From Octopus sinensis (taxonomy: Eukaryota), in the NCBI RefSeq assembly GCF_006345805.1, contig NC_043009.1, positions 20,274,001 to 20,338,000 of the forward strand: a stretch of 64,000 bases of DNA, written 5' to 3'. This document shows positions 13,670 to 22,989 of this stretch, one piece after another (positions within the stretch are counted from its first letter, which is position 1; the number at the start of each line of letters is the position of its first letter). The notes below the pieces were generated by a model. That model made no database searches and was not told the origin of the DNA. It saw nothing but the letters and a program-made list of their open reading frames with translations. The position numbers and the translations under genes are program-made.

Positions 13670-15295
13670 CATGTGTGTGTATGTATATCGTACTTTTAAT
13701 CATTGCCTGCCACCAAGCCTTGCACGTGCATCTCTTATAATAATTCTCTCTGTGTTTCGCTTTTGCTCTCTCGCCCCACTCTCTACACAATACAAAATGG
13801 GGTTAGAGAACCAACCAACCAACCAACTTCTACATCAACTATTCTTATATAAGCATGTAAAATATAAAACATAATTATCGTTGCTAAGTAAGCCTTTATT
13901 ATTCCAACCATAACATGTATTTTAGGATGAAGAATCACAGCTATTTCTCAAGAACAATATGCTTCAGGGTAACAAAAGAATATTTGAAGCTCGGCATGCC
14001 CTGTCAGACTTACAAAGATGGCTTAGCTATCATTACAGAGACTTCAAGAAATTTGATGTCATCTTTTTATTGACTGGGTAAGTCCTGAGAGATTCTTCAT
14101 TAAACACCTCTAATATTGGTAACTGGTATTATTATGGAATTGAGAGTTCCCAATTTGATATTTGTCTTCCTTTGAGAAATAACAAAATTTTTCTTTACAT
14201 TTCAGAGATGATGGTTGTGTTTTCAGTGGTCAAGCTTGTGAAAAACGAGTCACTGGGGTGTCATACGTCGGAGGAGCCTGTCGAAGGCACTGGCTGATGG
14301 GAGCCCTTAATGTGGCAATTGGAGAAACTGACCTTGTGTTTAGGGGTGTCTTTACAGCTGCACATGAAGTTGGTCATTTGTAAGTGTTTTTAGGGGTTGT
14401 AGTGTATGAGGGGTGGGTGTAGTAGTGGCATGGGGTGTGGGGTGAGTGCCAAAGTTTCTCTTCTATTATTTTCTTTTTTGAGTTCTTTTACTGTTTCAAG
14501 AATTTGGTAAATTGCCAAAACTTTAGAAGTCAGCAGAATGGCAGAGATGTTTAGAGTGTTGGATGGAATATTTAATGGAATATTTAATGGGATTTATTCT
14601 GCCTCTCTGTGCTTTGAGTTCAAATCCTGCAGAAGCCATCTTTACTTTCCATTCCTCCTGGGCCAATAAGTACCAGTTAAAGACAGTTAAAGAGCCAATT
14701 CTTCACTCTCTTCCTTTCCTCTTCTCCTCTTTCTCTCCCTCTCAATGTTAATTACGTTGTGCTGGGATCAATTCAAGGGAGACCACTCACAATATCTCTT
14801 CCACAGAGGAAAAACGATTGACCAAAGTGCTGGCAACTTCTTGTGGTTGATTTGTTATTGGAACCAGGCAAGGACTGGTCAGTGTGCCGTAGAACAAAGA
14901 ATGGAAATGGAAAAGAAGGGAGAAGGGAGAGGAGGAGGAGTTTCAGTATTACAAGATGTTTAGGTGTGGGAATAATCGACACTTGCTTCCTGCGTTTCCC
15001 CCCATCCTGGAAGTAGAAGACATCTATTGATGGGAAGGTGGGGTTAGTTGTGGTAGCAGCCGCAGCAGTTGGGTGGTGGTGGTGGTGACGGTCGCCGGGG
15101 GGGGGTTGTGGCGAATGAAGGTGGTGGTGATATAGGTGGTGCGGATAATGACTGAGAAATGAAAGACAAGAAACTAAGTGCGAAAGTAATGAAATATATT
15201 TCTTGAAAATCAAATCAAATTTCTGAGTCAAATGAATGAAGGTCAGCAATAAAATATATAAGGAAGAGAGAACTGGTGTGTGTGTGTGAGTGTGT

Positions 15296-15335
<40 letters not shown>

Positions 15336-15765
15336 ATGCGTGTACGTGTCTGTGTGAGTGAATATATATATATATATATTATATAAAAGGGCTTAGTAAA
15401 ATAAATTACTTTGCCGCATACTGAACTCATTAGAAATAGCAGCTAAAAAAACTTTTTTAAAACTATTTCTAATACTTAAAGAAAACCTCTCTCATATAGT
15501 GTTTGCTCAATTCAACTCACGCAAATATTTGCGTGAGTTGAATTGAGCAAACACTATATGAGAGAGGTTTTCTTTAAGTATTAGAAATAGTTTTAAAAAA
15601 GTTTTTTTAGCTGCTATTTCTAATGAGTTCAGTATGCGGCAAAGTAATTTATTTTACTAAGCCCTTTTATATAATGTAATAATTTGAATTCGCCTTAAAT
15701 GGTCCCTTTGCATACTGAATACTTGGTGAAATTGATTAATTAATTAATTTTACCCTCAATTGTTG

Positions 15766-15807
<42 letters not shown>

Positions 15808-18800
15808 CACACACACATAAATGCATACATATGTGTATATATGTCTATATGTATGTACATAGGTGTATGTGTGTAAGGTCAATGTAAACTATAAGAGAAA
15901 GAGAAAAACATAGAAAAAGAATGTAAAAATGTTGGTCTTAAAATGTAGAGGAATATTTCAAGAGATCTATAGAAGTTGTTGGAATGCAGAAAAGTTTACT
16001 GGAAAGTGTTGTTTAACCCCAGGTTCGTCCCCACTGAGCAGATCCATGATCAAAAATGTTCCAGCCAGGACCATTCTACCTTTCAAACAAATACTTTATC
16101 TCATATCTTTTCCCTATTTTTATGTTATTTGAAATTTGGCTGCTCTTTCTGACAGGTTTAAAACCCACATAGAAGTTCTCTCTGCTGTTACTGCTGTGTT
16201 GCTATTTAACCCCAGGTCAGTCCTAACTGAACAGACCCATGATGAAAGAAGTTCCAGATATGACAATCTCATCTTTACTTAAACAGTCTAACACTACACT
16301 ATTCTATGTGTCCTTCATTTAATGATGTGATTTTTAAGGAGATTTGGTTGTTATTTCTAGCATGTCAAAAAACTACTACTAAGAGGTTCCTTTGATGTTT
16401 CCTGTAACCTTTCATAACATTTTAGTGCAGTTCTATAAAAATAGTTTGTTATTTGATGGAGTGGAGGAGCTATTTCTTACATTAAGAATATGGGGTGACA
16501 TAAATAAATACATTTAAACCAAGAGTTTCATTTGATGAAATAAATATTCCAGGTTTTATACAGAAGCTGTGTATTAATAAAGCTTGTTGTTACATTAAAG
16601 CAGTATGTTTAGAGTTTTGATATCAGGTGTAACCGATATGGTTGTTAATACTGCCAAATGTTGAGTTAAAGCAAAAACAGTCAGTTATCTACCCAGGGTG
16701 AAAAATACCCTGAAAGATACTCCAAACTGACATTTCAATCTATGCAATATGCAGAGATTAGAATTTAATTAATTGAGCCAATCCTTGGATTTTTAGGCTT
16801 GGTGCGCCACATGATGGAGAGTCTGGTGCTGAAATGTGCACAACCAATTCTGGCTACCTCATGAGTTACAACAGATCTGACCCAATTAAGGCACACAGAT
16901 TTTCAACATGCTCAATAAAAAAGTTTAAAGAATTCTTAAGGTAAGTAGATCCTTCTCTACGGTTGTAGAATTACATAAGTACCAAGGTTTTTTTTTTAGG
17001 AGTAGAAGTCGTTTACCATCATAAAGAGCTAATATTTCAAGTAGGAGTAAAGATGGTGTTAGTTCAGAGATATTTCAGGTTTGAGGTGGGAATTATTGCC
17101 AGTTAAGTTTAAAGTTCAGTGAGACCTTCAAAGAAAGCAAGAGATACTGCAGCTTTGATAAATAATTAACCTTTAGAAGCTGTGATTCTTTGTATAGTTT
17201 TGGTATCACATTTCTATTCTGAATTCTTTATTTGTATATTATAACATTCTTCATTGATAAACAACAGACACATGTTGTGAGGAATCATTATTAAGTCAGA
17301 GACGAGTGCAGACATGGTTAAGTAGTTCACTTTGCACCCATGTAGATGTTGGTTCGATCTCACTGCACAGTCTCTTGAGTAGATGCCCACTAGTACTGCC
17401 TTGAGTTGACCAAAGAGTGTGAGTGGAAAGTGTTTGGAATTCTGTCAATTATAAGAAGCTTTAACACTTCTCATTTCCCACATGCAAATACTAATGTGGA
17501 GAGTGTTTAACCATAAGAATTGTGTGAAGTCAAAGGACCAAAATCATCCAAATACAGAATTCCATGGTAACGAGAAAAACTTTCAGTGTTTGGTGGTTGT
17601 GATTTGTGACCACTACCCTGGAATGGTAATACTGTAGGTGTCTACCCACCACCAGTCCAGCTCAGCATCAATAAAGAGAATAGTTACCAAGGTGGACATT
17701 GGCACAAATGTACTCTGCTCTTTGGTCCATACAAAAATTACCATCATCACAGATCCAGACATCCAGACTGCAATGACAGGATGTCTCTCATCTCTTCCAT
17801 TAAATAGCTAATCCCATTCATCTAAATATACTTGATGTTTGGAACAACTCCCAGGAATATGGCAGAATGGCTGCAACTGGAATTGGCAACAAGAACAACA
17901 AGAACAACAGATTTTGATCTAAAATAAATAAATAAATAAATAAATATGACAGACACCCCCTCCATACACACACCTTATTTATGTATTGTTGTTTTTTAAT
18001 GATATTATAGAACAACTGCTGCTCATTGTCTGTGGAATCGTGCAGTGGAGCCGATTCCTTATCCTAAAGTTTTACCTGGCCAACAAATGAAGTTAAAGGA
18101 CCAATGCTATAATTATGTAAAAGGAGAACCGTGTGAGGTAAGAACAATATAACGAAGCTAAATCTATCATTTATTTTCACCTGTAAATTGAGAACTTTGT
18201 TATTTTCAAGAATGTCATTCCTCTCTTTATAAAACTTCCAATTTTCTTCAATGTTTGCTTCTTTCCAACATGGAATAAATAATACTAATTCTAAAGAAAA
18301 TGATGGCTGGCAGAATTGATAGAGAATTGACCAAAAGGGTGGGGGTGGTGGCAGTGAATCCTTTGATCAAACCAAATAAACTGTGACTCCATTTGTTTTT
18401 AAATTTCTGATGTTGTTTGTCAGCCATGGCCCCTAGCAGTAGTATCCCTGTTTTCACATTTTTTGGTAAAGGAGCAGAATTTGAGTTGGAACAGTTGACA
18501 AAAATTACTATATCCAACACTCAAATGGCTGCCAATTTACAGGGATTTTGTCTAATTCCGGGTATTTTGTCCACTTCCCAAAGTACCTGGGTGTATTTCT
18601 ATCCTCATCTTTATGTTCTGTGTTCAAATCCCAATGAGGGCAGCTTTGCCTTTCATTCTTCTGGGGCTAAAAGAGTTGAGGTAATCAGCTGAGGAAAAGA
18701 AGCAAAAAATACTTCCTAAAAGTGGTACCCTAGTATGGCCACAGTCTAGAAAATGAATAAAAGAAAGAATTCTCTTTTTAATATAAAATATTAATTAATA

Positions 18801-19514
18801 AAAATTAATGATACTTGAGGTGGAGAGAAGAAGCAATTAGCTTATTGGCAATTATGAACAACTCTACACATTTCGGTCTTGTTAAACCATAACCATTAGT
18901 GACAAAAGAATTATTGGTATTGATGTACATTAATATAGAGACACCTGTCAAAGTCATGCAAGTTGCATAACAACATCACTAGAGCTGGTGACACAGAAAA
19001 AGCACCCACACTGTACACACTGCAAAATGGTTGGAATTGGGAAATGCATCTGGCTGTAGAAATTATGCCAGAGTGTAGAGAAAAGAATACGGTGCAGTTT
19101 TTGGGCACATTGGATCCTATCAAACAATCCATCCGATGCCAGCATGAAACATGGACATTAAAAGATGTCAGGGAAGGCACGGACAGGCATCAAAAAGTAA
19201 CTTAATGACAGAGAAATATTACTCACAGTTATCCTCTGCATAAATAGATAACAGTCAAGTTAAGGCATCATATTTAATGAACCACTAGATGTACATGTAA
19301 ACTTTTATGCTGCTTTCTGCTGTGTAGGTCAGTGAATTTCAGTGTCACCATTTGTGTTGTTATGATGAGAAACGGAAGTATATATTCACCAGAGAACAAC
19401 CAGCAGTCCATGGAACTGACTGTGGAAGAAATGCTGTGAGTTTTGAAATTGTTTTAACTTCATTGTTTATAATACCAGCTCATTTGTATTACCAAACAAC
19501 TGAGAATGTATTAG

Positions 19515-19553
<39 letters not shown>

Positions 19554-19566
19554 CATATAAGTATAT

Positions 19567-19606
<40 letters not shown>

Positions 19607-19859
19607 TCATCATCATCATCATCATCGTTTAGCGTCCGCTTTCCATGGGTTGGACGGTTCAACTGGGGTCTGGGAAGCCAGAAGGCTGCACCAGGCCCAG
19701 TCTGATCTGGCAATGTTTCTATGGCTGGATGCCCTGCCTAACACCAACCACTCCATGAGTGTAGTGGGTGCTTTTTACGTGCCACCGGCACAGGTGCCAG
19801 ACGAGGCTGGCAAACGGCCACGATCGGATGGTGCTTTTTACGTGTACATATGTATATAT

Positions 19860-19938
<79 letters not shown>

Positions 19939-19995
19939 ATATATAAATCATGACACACATATATATATATGTATAATATAATATATATATATGTA

Positions 19996-20035
<40 letters not shown>

Positions 20036-20965
20036 GTATGTATATATATATCATGACACATGGGAAGGCATAGCTATTGATCGTAGCAGGTGGAGAAGGA
20101 TTGTGCATGAGGGGACAGCCACTTTTGAGAAATCTCGAGTTGCACATGAGAAAGTAAGGAGGGATGTCAGGAAGGGCATCACTGTTACACTTCCAGAAGG
20201 GAAGGGTCTTCCTTTGATGCTGACATGCAATGTCTGTGCAAGACCCTGCCTCAGTAAAGCTGGACTCAAGAGTCATCTTCATAGTCATAAAGCGAGACAG
20301 ATGAGTGACAACCTGGCCACTGGTGGTGGTGCTACACACCATACTAATCATATCTGTCGAGCATGTGGAAGAGAGTGTAATTTGGCAGGAGGACTTAAAC
20401 AACATGCAAAGGTACATGAAGCCCAGTTACAACTACAGCCGGCTATTACCAGTAAAGGTTTCAGTTGTCAATTTTGTACAAGACATTGTAGATCTTTAGC
20501 TGGGCTAAAAAGTCACATTCGATCACAGCACCAGTAACAGTTAAGCTTCGTGCAATGGCCATACTCGATAACGAGGGGGCAGCCATAATAATATATATCA
20601 AAACAGGAGATTGGAAAATTATTTTGGTGTTACTTATTCTTCCTTGCATTTGTTCCATTTGCTCATAAGAGCTACAAAATGGTACATGTGGAAGATATGT
20701 AAGACATCTTCTATTAGAAATTCTTCAGACAGAGAATCAATAATCATCTGATTTTCTAGCTGGAACCCTCGTCATCATAACCAATGGAGGGCCATGACGA
20801 TGATAGTGATATGTTCATTATTTATAAAAGTTAATTATCACTAAATTTTATTTTAATTAAGCCTGAACTTAAAATGTATTTAATCTACTGTTTGTTTGTT
20901 TTTTAAAACAGATTTGTTACCATGGGAAATGTCTGATGAAAGACCAACTTTCTGGCAGGATTTAA
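1728..20965 (+). CDS. Spliced gene, 5'-incomplete: reprolysin/M12B zinc metalloprotease with prodomain, catalytic domain and ADAMTS-type disintegrin-like/Cys-rich domain, no TSP1 repeats; 12 visible exons, 586 aa + stop
   Basis: Manually spliced exons all have AG/GT boundaries and matching phases (0-1-0-0-1-0-0-2-2-2-0-0) and join into one open frame ending TAA at 20963-20965. Motifs: RVKR furin site, [10 protein letters not shown] first strand, [30 protein letters not shown] zinc motif, GYLMS Met-turn, [32 protein letters not shown]. Confidence 0.93.
3865..4067 (+). CDS. Metalloprotease exon 2 (prodomain): [13 protein letters not shown]...KIEKEQLP
   Basis: ttattttccag acceptor, CCT|gtaagt donor, 203 nt, phase 1 to 0. 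Confidence 0.88.
5338..5433 (+). CDS. Metalloprotease exon 3 (prodomain): [32 protein letters not shown]; alternative in-frame acceptor gives start 5374
   Basis: GTG|gtaagt donor at 5434. Two in-frame acceptors (cctaag at 5337, ttcttccag at 5373), both phase 0. Confidence 0.75.
6228..6950 (-). mobile_element. tRNA-derived SINE (family B) interrupted by a nested RTE-tail-type repeat (about 6420-6795)
   Basis: 3' half at about 6228-6410 and 5' half at about 6800-6950 match the intact copy at 11655-12099. The intervening piece ends in ...catggacaacggacattaaatgatgatg. Confidence 0.75.
7172..7304 (+). CDS. Metalloprotease exon 4 (prodomain, RHKR furin-type site): [24 protein letters not shown]...DEIM
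   Basis: atttgtttag acceptor, G|gtagat donor, 133 nt, phase 0 to 1. Confidence 0.87.
9429..9610 (+). CDS. Metalloprotease exon 5: RVKR furin site and start of the catalytic domain ([12 protein letters not shown]...HFWHA)
   Basis: attcttag acceptor, GCT|gtaagt donor, 182 nt, phase 1 to 0. Confidence 0.93.
11425..11630 (-). mobile_element. RTE-clade LINE fragment (post-RT region)
   Basis: Translation [34 protein letters not shown] is typical of RTE; homologous to 39830-39960. Confidence 0.8.
11655..12099 (-). mobile_element. Full-length tRNA-derived SINE (family B) with internal (CA)n(TA)n microsatellite; other copies at about 25270-25620(-), 31187-31555(+), 37683-38068(-), 52757-53238(-), 62237-62475(+)
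   Basis: Head GAGTGGCTGTGTGGTAAG (A-box-like) and GGTTCAGTCC (B-box-like); multiple highly similar copies; 3' tail CCAGCATGGCCGC...GACTGAAACAAGTAAAAGA. Confidence 0.9.
12628..12699 (+). CDS. Metalloprotease exon 6: [24 protein letters not shown]
   Basis: ttattccgacag acceptor, CAG|gtaaga donor, 72 nt, phase 0 to 0; fits the reprolysin helix/strand II pattern. Confidence 0.9.
12766..12998 (-). mobile_element. tRNA-derived SINE (family A), near-intact copy with a Tx1-like 3' tail; same head/body at about 780-960, 10220-10410, 12305-12480, 30950-31120, 40430-40640, 52570-52750, 53270-53830 (several), 61335-61455, 62640-62855
   Basis: Head GGTGAGCTGGCAGAAACGTTAG, B-box GAGTTCAAATTCC, conserved body ...CCTTTCATCCTTTCGGGGTCGATAAATTAAAGTACCAG... 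Confidence 0.88.
13926..14077 (+). CDS. Metalloprotease exon 7: DEESQLFLK...[13 protein letters not shown]
   Basis: attttag acceptor, GG|gtaagt donor, 152 nt, phase 0 to 2. Confidence 0.92.
14206..14379 (+). CDS. Metalloprotease exon 8: [25 protein letters not shown]...[10 protein letters not shown]
   Basis: ctttacatttcag acceptor, TT|gtaagt donor, 174 nt, phase 2 to 2; carries HExxH. Confidence 0.96.
15378..15675. repeat. Perfect spacerless palindrome, 298 bp (149-bp arms), centre between 15526 and 15527
   Basis: Mirror pairing checked at the ends, centre (gcaaat|atttgc) and homopolymer runs (A7/T7, T6A4/T4A6); no mismatch found. Confidence 0.97.
16797..16940 (+). CDS. Metalloprotease exon 9: [15 protein letters not shown]...GYLMS...[14 protein letters not shown]
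   Basis: gatttttag acceptor, AG|gtaagt donor, 144 nt; completes HEVGHLLGAPHD and the Met-turn. Confidence 0.96.
18011..18137 (+). CDS. Metalloprotease exon 10: TTAAHCLWN...[22 protein letters not shown]
   Basis: attatag acceptor, GAG|gtaaga donor, 127 nt; matches the ADAMTS-like LPG-x5-QC motif. Confidence 0.92.
19328..19435 (+). CDS. Metalloprotease exon 11: [11 protein letters not shown]...[12 protein letters not shown]
   Basis: ttctgctgtgtag acceptor, GCT|gtgagt donor, 108 nt; matches the ADAMTS-like PA-x-(D/H)GTxCG motif. Confidence 0.92.
19610..19850 (-). mobile_element. RTE-tail-type short repeat ending in (GAT)n; related copies at about 10610-10900, 24795-24900, 36810-37140, 58478-58540, 62490-62640
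   Basis: Recurrent sequence catcatcatcgtttagcgtccgctttccatg...ggttggacggttc...ctggatgcccttcctaacgccaaccac. The RTE assignment is inference. Confidence 0.7.
20052..20590 (+). mobile_element. 5'-truncated RTE-clade LINE 3' end encoding three C2H2 zinc fingers, in metalloprotease intron 11
   Basis: [23 protein letters not shown] is the typical RTE C-terminus. It is followed by CNVC-x12-H-x3-H, CRAC-x12-H-x3-H and CQFC-x12-H-x4-H, then a short 3' UTR ending ...ggcagcca(taa)(ta)n. Confidence 0.8.
20912..20965 (+). CDS. Metalloprotease terminal coding exon: [17 protein letters not shown]
   Basis: ttttttaaaacag acceptor; completes the C-x2-G-x-C motif, then TAA. Confidence 0.9.
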   Translation: MCYHGKCLMKDQLSGRI

Positions 20966-21047
20966 AGAAAAACAATCTTGAGGAAGAGGAGGAGGAGGAA
21001 ACTCTTTTATTTCATTCTGAATGTTCTTGTCTGATTGAAAGAGAAAT

Positions 21048-21053
21048 AATAAA
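21048..21053 (+). promoter_or_regulatory. Candidate polyadenylation signal (AATAAA) of the metalloprotease
   Basis: First AATAAA after the stop codon, about 80 nt downstream. The motif is common by chance in AT-rich DNA. Confidence 0.4.
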
Positions 21054-21634
21054 ATAAGTTTCACATAAATCTATGGATAGTTAAATATCTTAATTGTTTA
21101 ATTATGTTGTGCATCTGTAACCCATTAAATATGTTGCTTAATTATGTCACGCATCTGTCACCCATTAAATATATTAATGGGAAATTGTGTTGTGCCTGCA
21201 AACCATTATCTTCATTGCTTATACATGTTATGTGTCTGTAACTAATTAAATACATTAATTGACAGAATATACTGTCACTGTGACCCATTAAATAAATTAA
21301 TTGACTCTGTAGCTTGTGAGTCTGCAACTCAACTTAAATGATATACAGAAGGTATAACAGGTATAGAATTGTGTTGCTCGGCCACACAGTAATGTTGGCT
21401 ACCCCCTAATATATTTCCTAAACTGCCATTGAGCTTTAGCTTCATTATTAATTATGTTGAAAACATAAATAATCAAAGCTGTGATTTAATAACAACCAAA
21501 GAAGTATTTTCCCTTAATCTAATCCATATTTGGTTATCATTAAATTCGTGTTTTCTACAGAATTGTAAATTTCCTAATTTATGATTCAACATCAGATTTT
21601 TTCCATGCTTCTATGAGATGGATGGCTTCCCAAG

Positions 21635-21669
<35 letters not shown>

Positions 21670-21928
21670 AAACATGATTTCACATTAAGAATCTTGCAAA
21701 TCAAATACATAAACACACACACACACACACACACATGTATACATACGAAATTAATTTGTGTAAAAATCAACAAGAAGAGTCCTCCATCTAATGAGAGTCT
21801 AATATTCCTATAAATGCTTCTTACTACATGCATCATATGTGCTACTAATAGTTTCACATACATAAGTACATTCGTCAAGCACCTAATAAATGTACTTATG
21901 TATGTTCAACTATTAGTAGCACATATGA

Positions 21929-21982
<54 letters not shown>

Positions 21983-22026
21983 TATTATAAGGAGATGAAA
22001 TAACAAACGATTATCTTGTGAACTTC

Positions 22027-22213
22027 ATGAACTTACAGCTGTTTCTGCTATAAGATGCAGTGGACTCATAACTGAGTGCACAAGTAGCACCTTAATGCTT
22101 CATCAGAGCCTCTATTCAGATTTGAGGTTCCAATGAAGTTGTAAGGTATTACTCAGGCACTCAACTATTGAGTCCACTGCATCATTAGAGCAGAAACAGC
22201 TAATGAAGTTCAT
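22027..22213. repeat. Imperfect palindromic element (arms 22027-22112 and 22124-22213, 11-nt spacer); each arm is a hammerhead-like unit
   Basis: The arms are reverse-complement homologues. Minus strand of the left arm reads GGCT-CTGATGA-...-GAAAC-AGCT-GTA-AGTT. Confidence 0.8.
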
Positions 22214-22989
22214 ATGAGAATCATTTTTTCCATGTCATTTCATTTTCTGATACCTACCTACCTACCTACCAACCTACCTACATACATACATACATACATA
22301 CATACATACATACATACATACACATATATATGTATATAGTATTTTATTTAGTATTTTATTGAAGCTGAAAGAGAAAATACAAGATGGTCACAAGCGATAT
22401 GTCAGGCAGGGAACAATGTTAATTAACTCTAATTATCTATATCATAATTAATTAGTTACAATTAGTTATATTATAAACAACGCTAATGTATTATTATTGC
22501 TTAACCCCAAGTTGGTCCTGATTGAGCAAACCTATGACCAAAGGCATTCTAAACATGATGAACATACCCTCTTATATTTCGGAAGGATAACATAGATTAC
22601 TTTATCAAGTCTCCTATTGTAAGGAGTGACTTGAGAGGGACTTGCCAGTTATTTCTAGCATGTTAAACAACCATAGAGAAGCCTCCTAATTGGCTCTCAT
22701 TATCTTCAAGGGAGGTAAGTTATATAAGATAGTTTAAAGAAGTGCAATTAAACAGCCACAGAGATTAAATGAGGCTGATATCCTTTGCAGGATACAATTA
22801 CATCTTGAAAGCCAAGTTTTAGTAAATATGTTCTCTTTAGGTGGCAAAAAATTAACACACACACACAGACACACACACACACACATACATACATACATAC
22901 ATACATACATACAGATACATAGACATACACACATACATACACTGACAAATACACATTCACATACAGACAGAAGTTTTTTTAATTAATGT

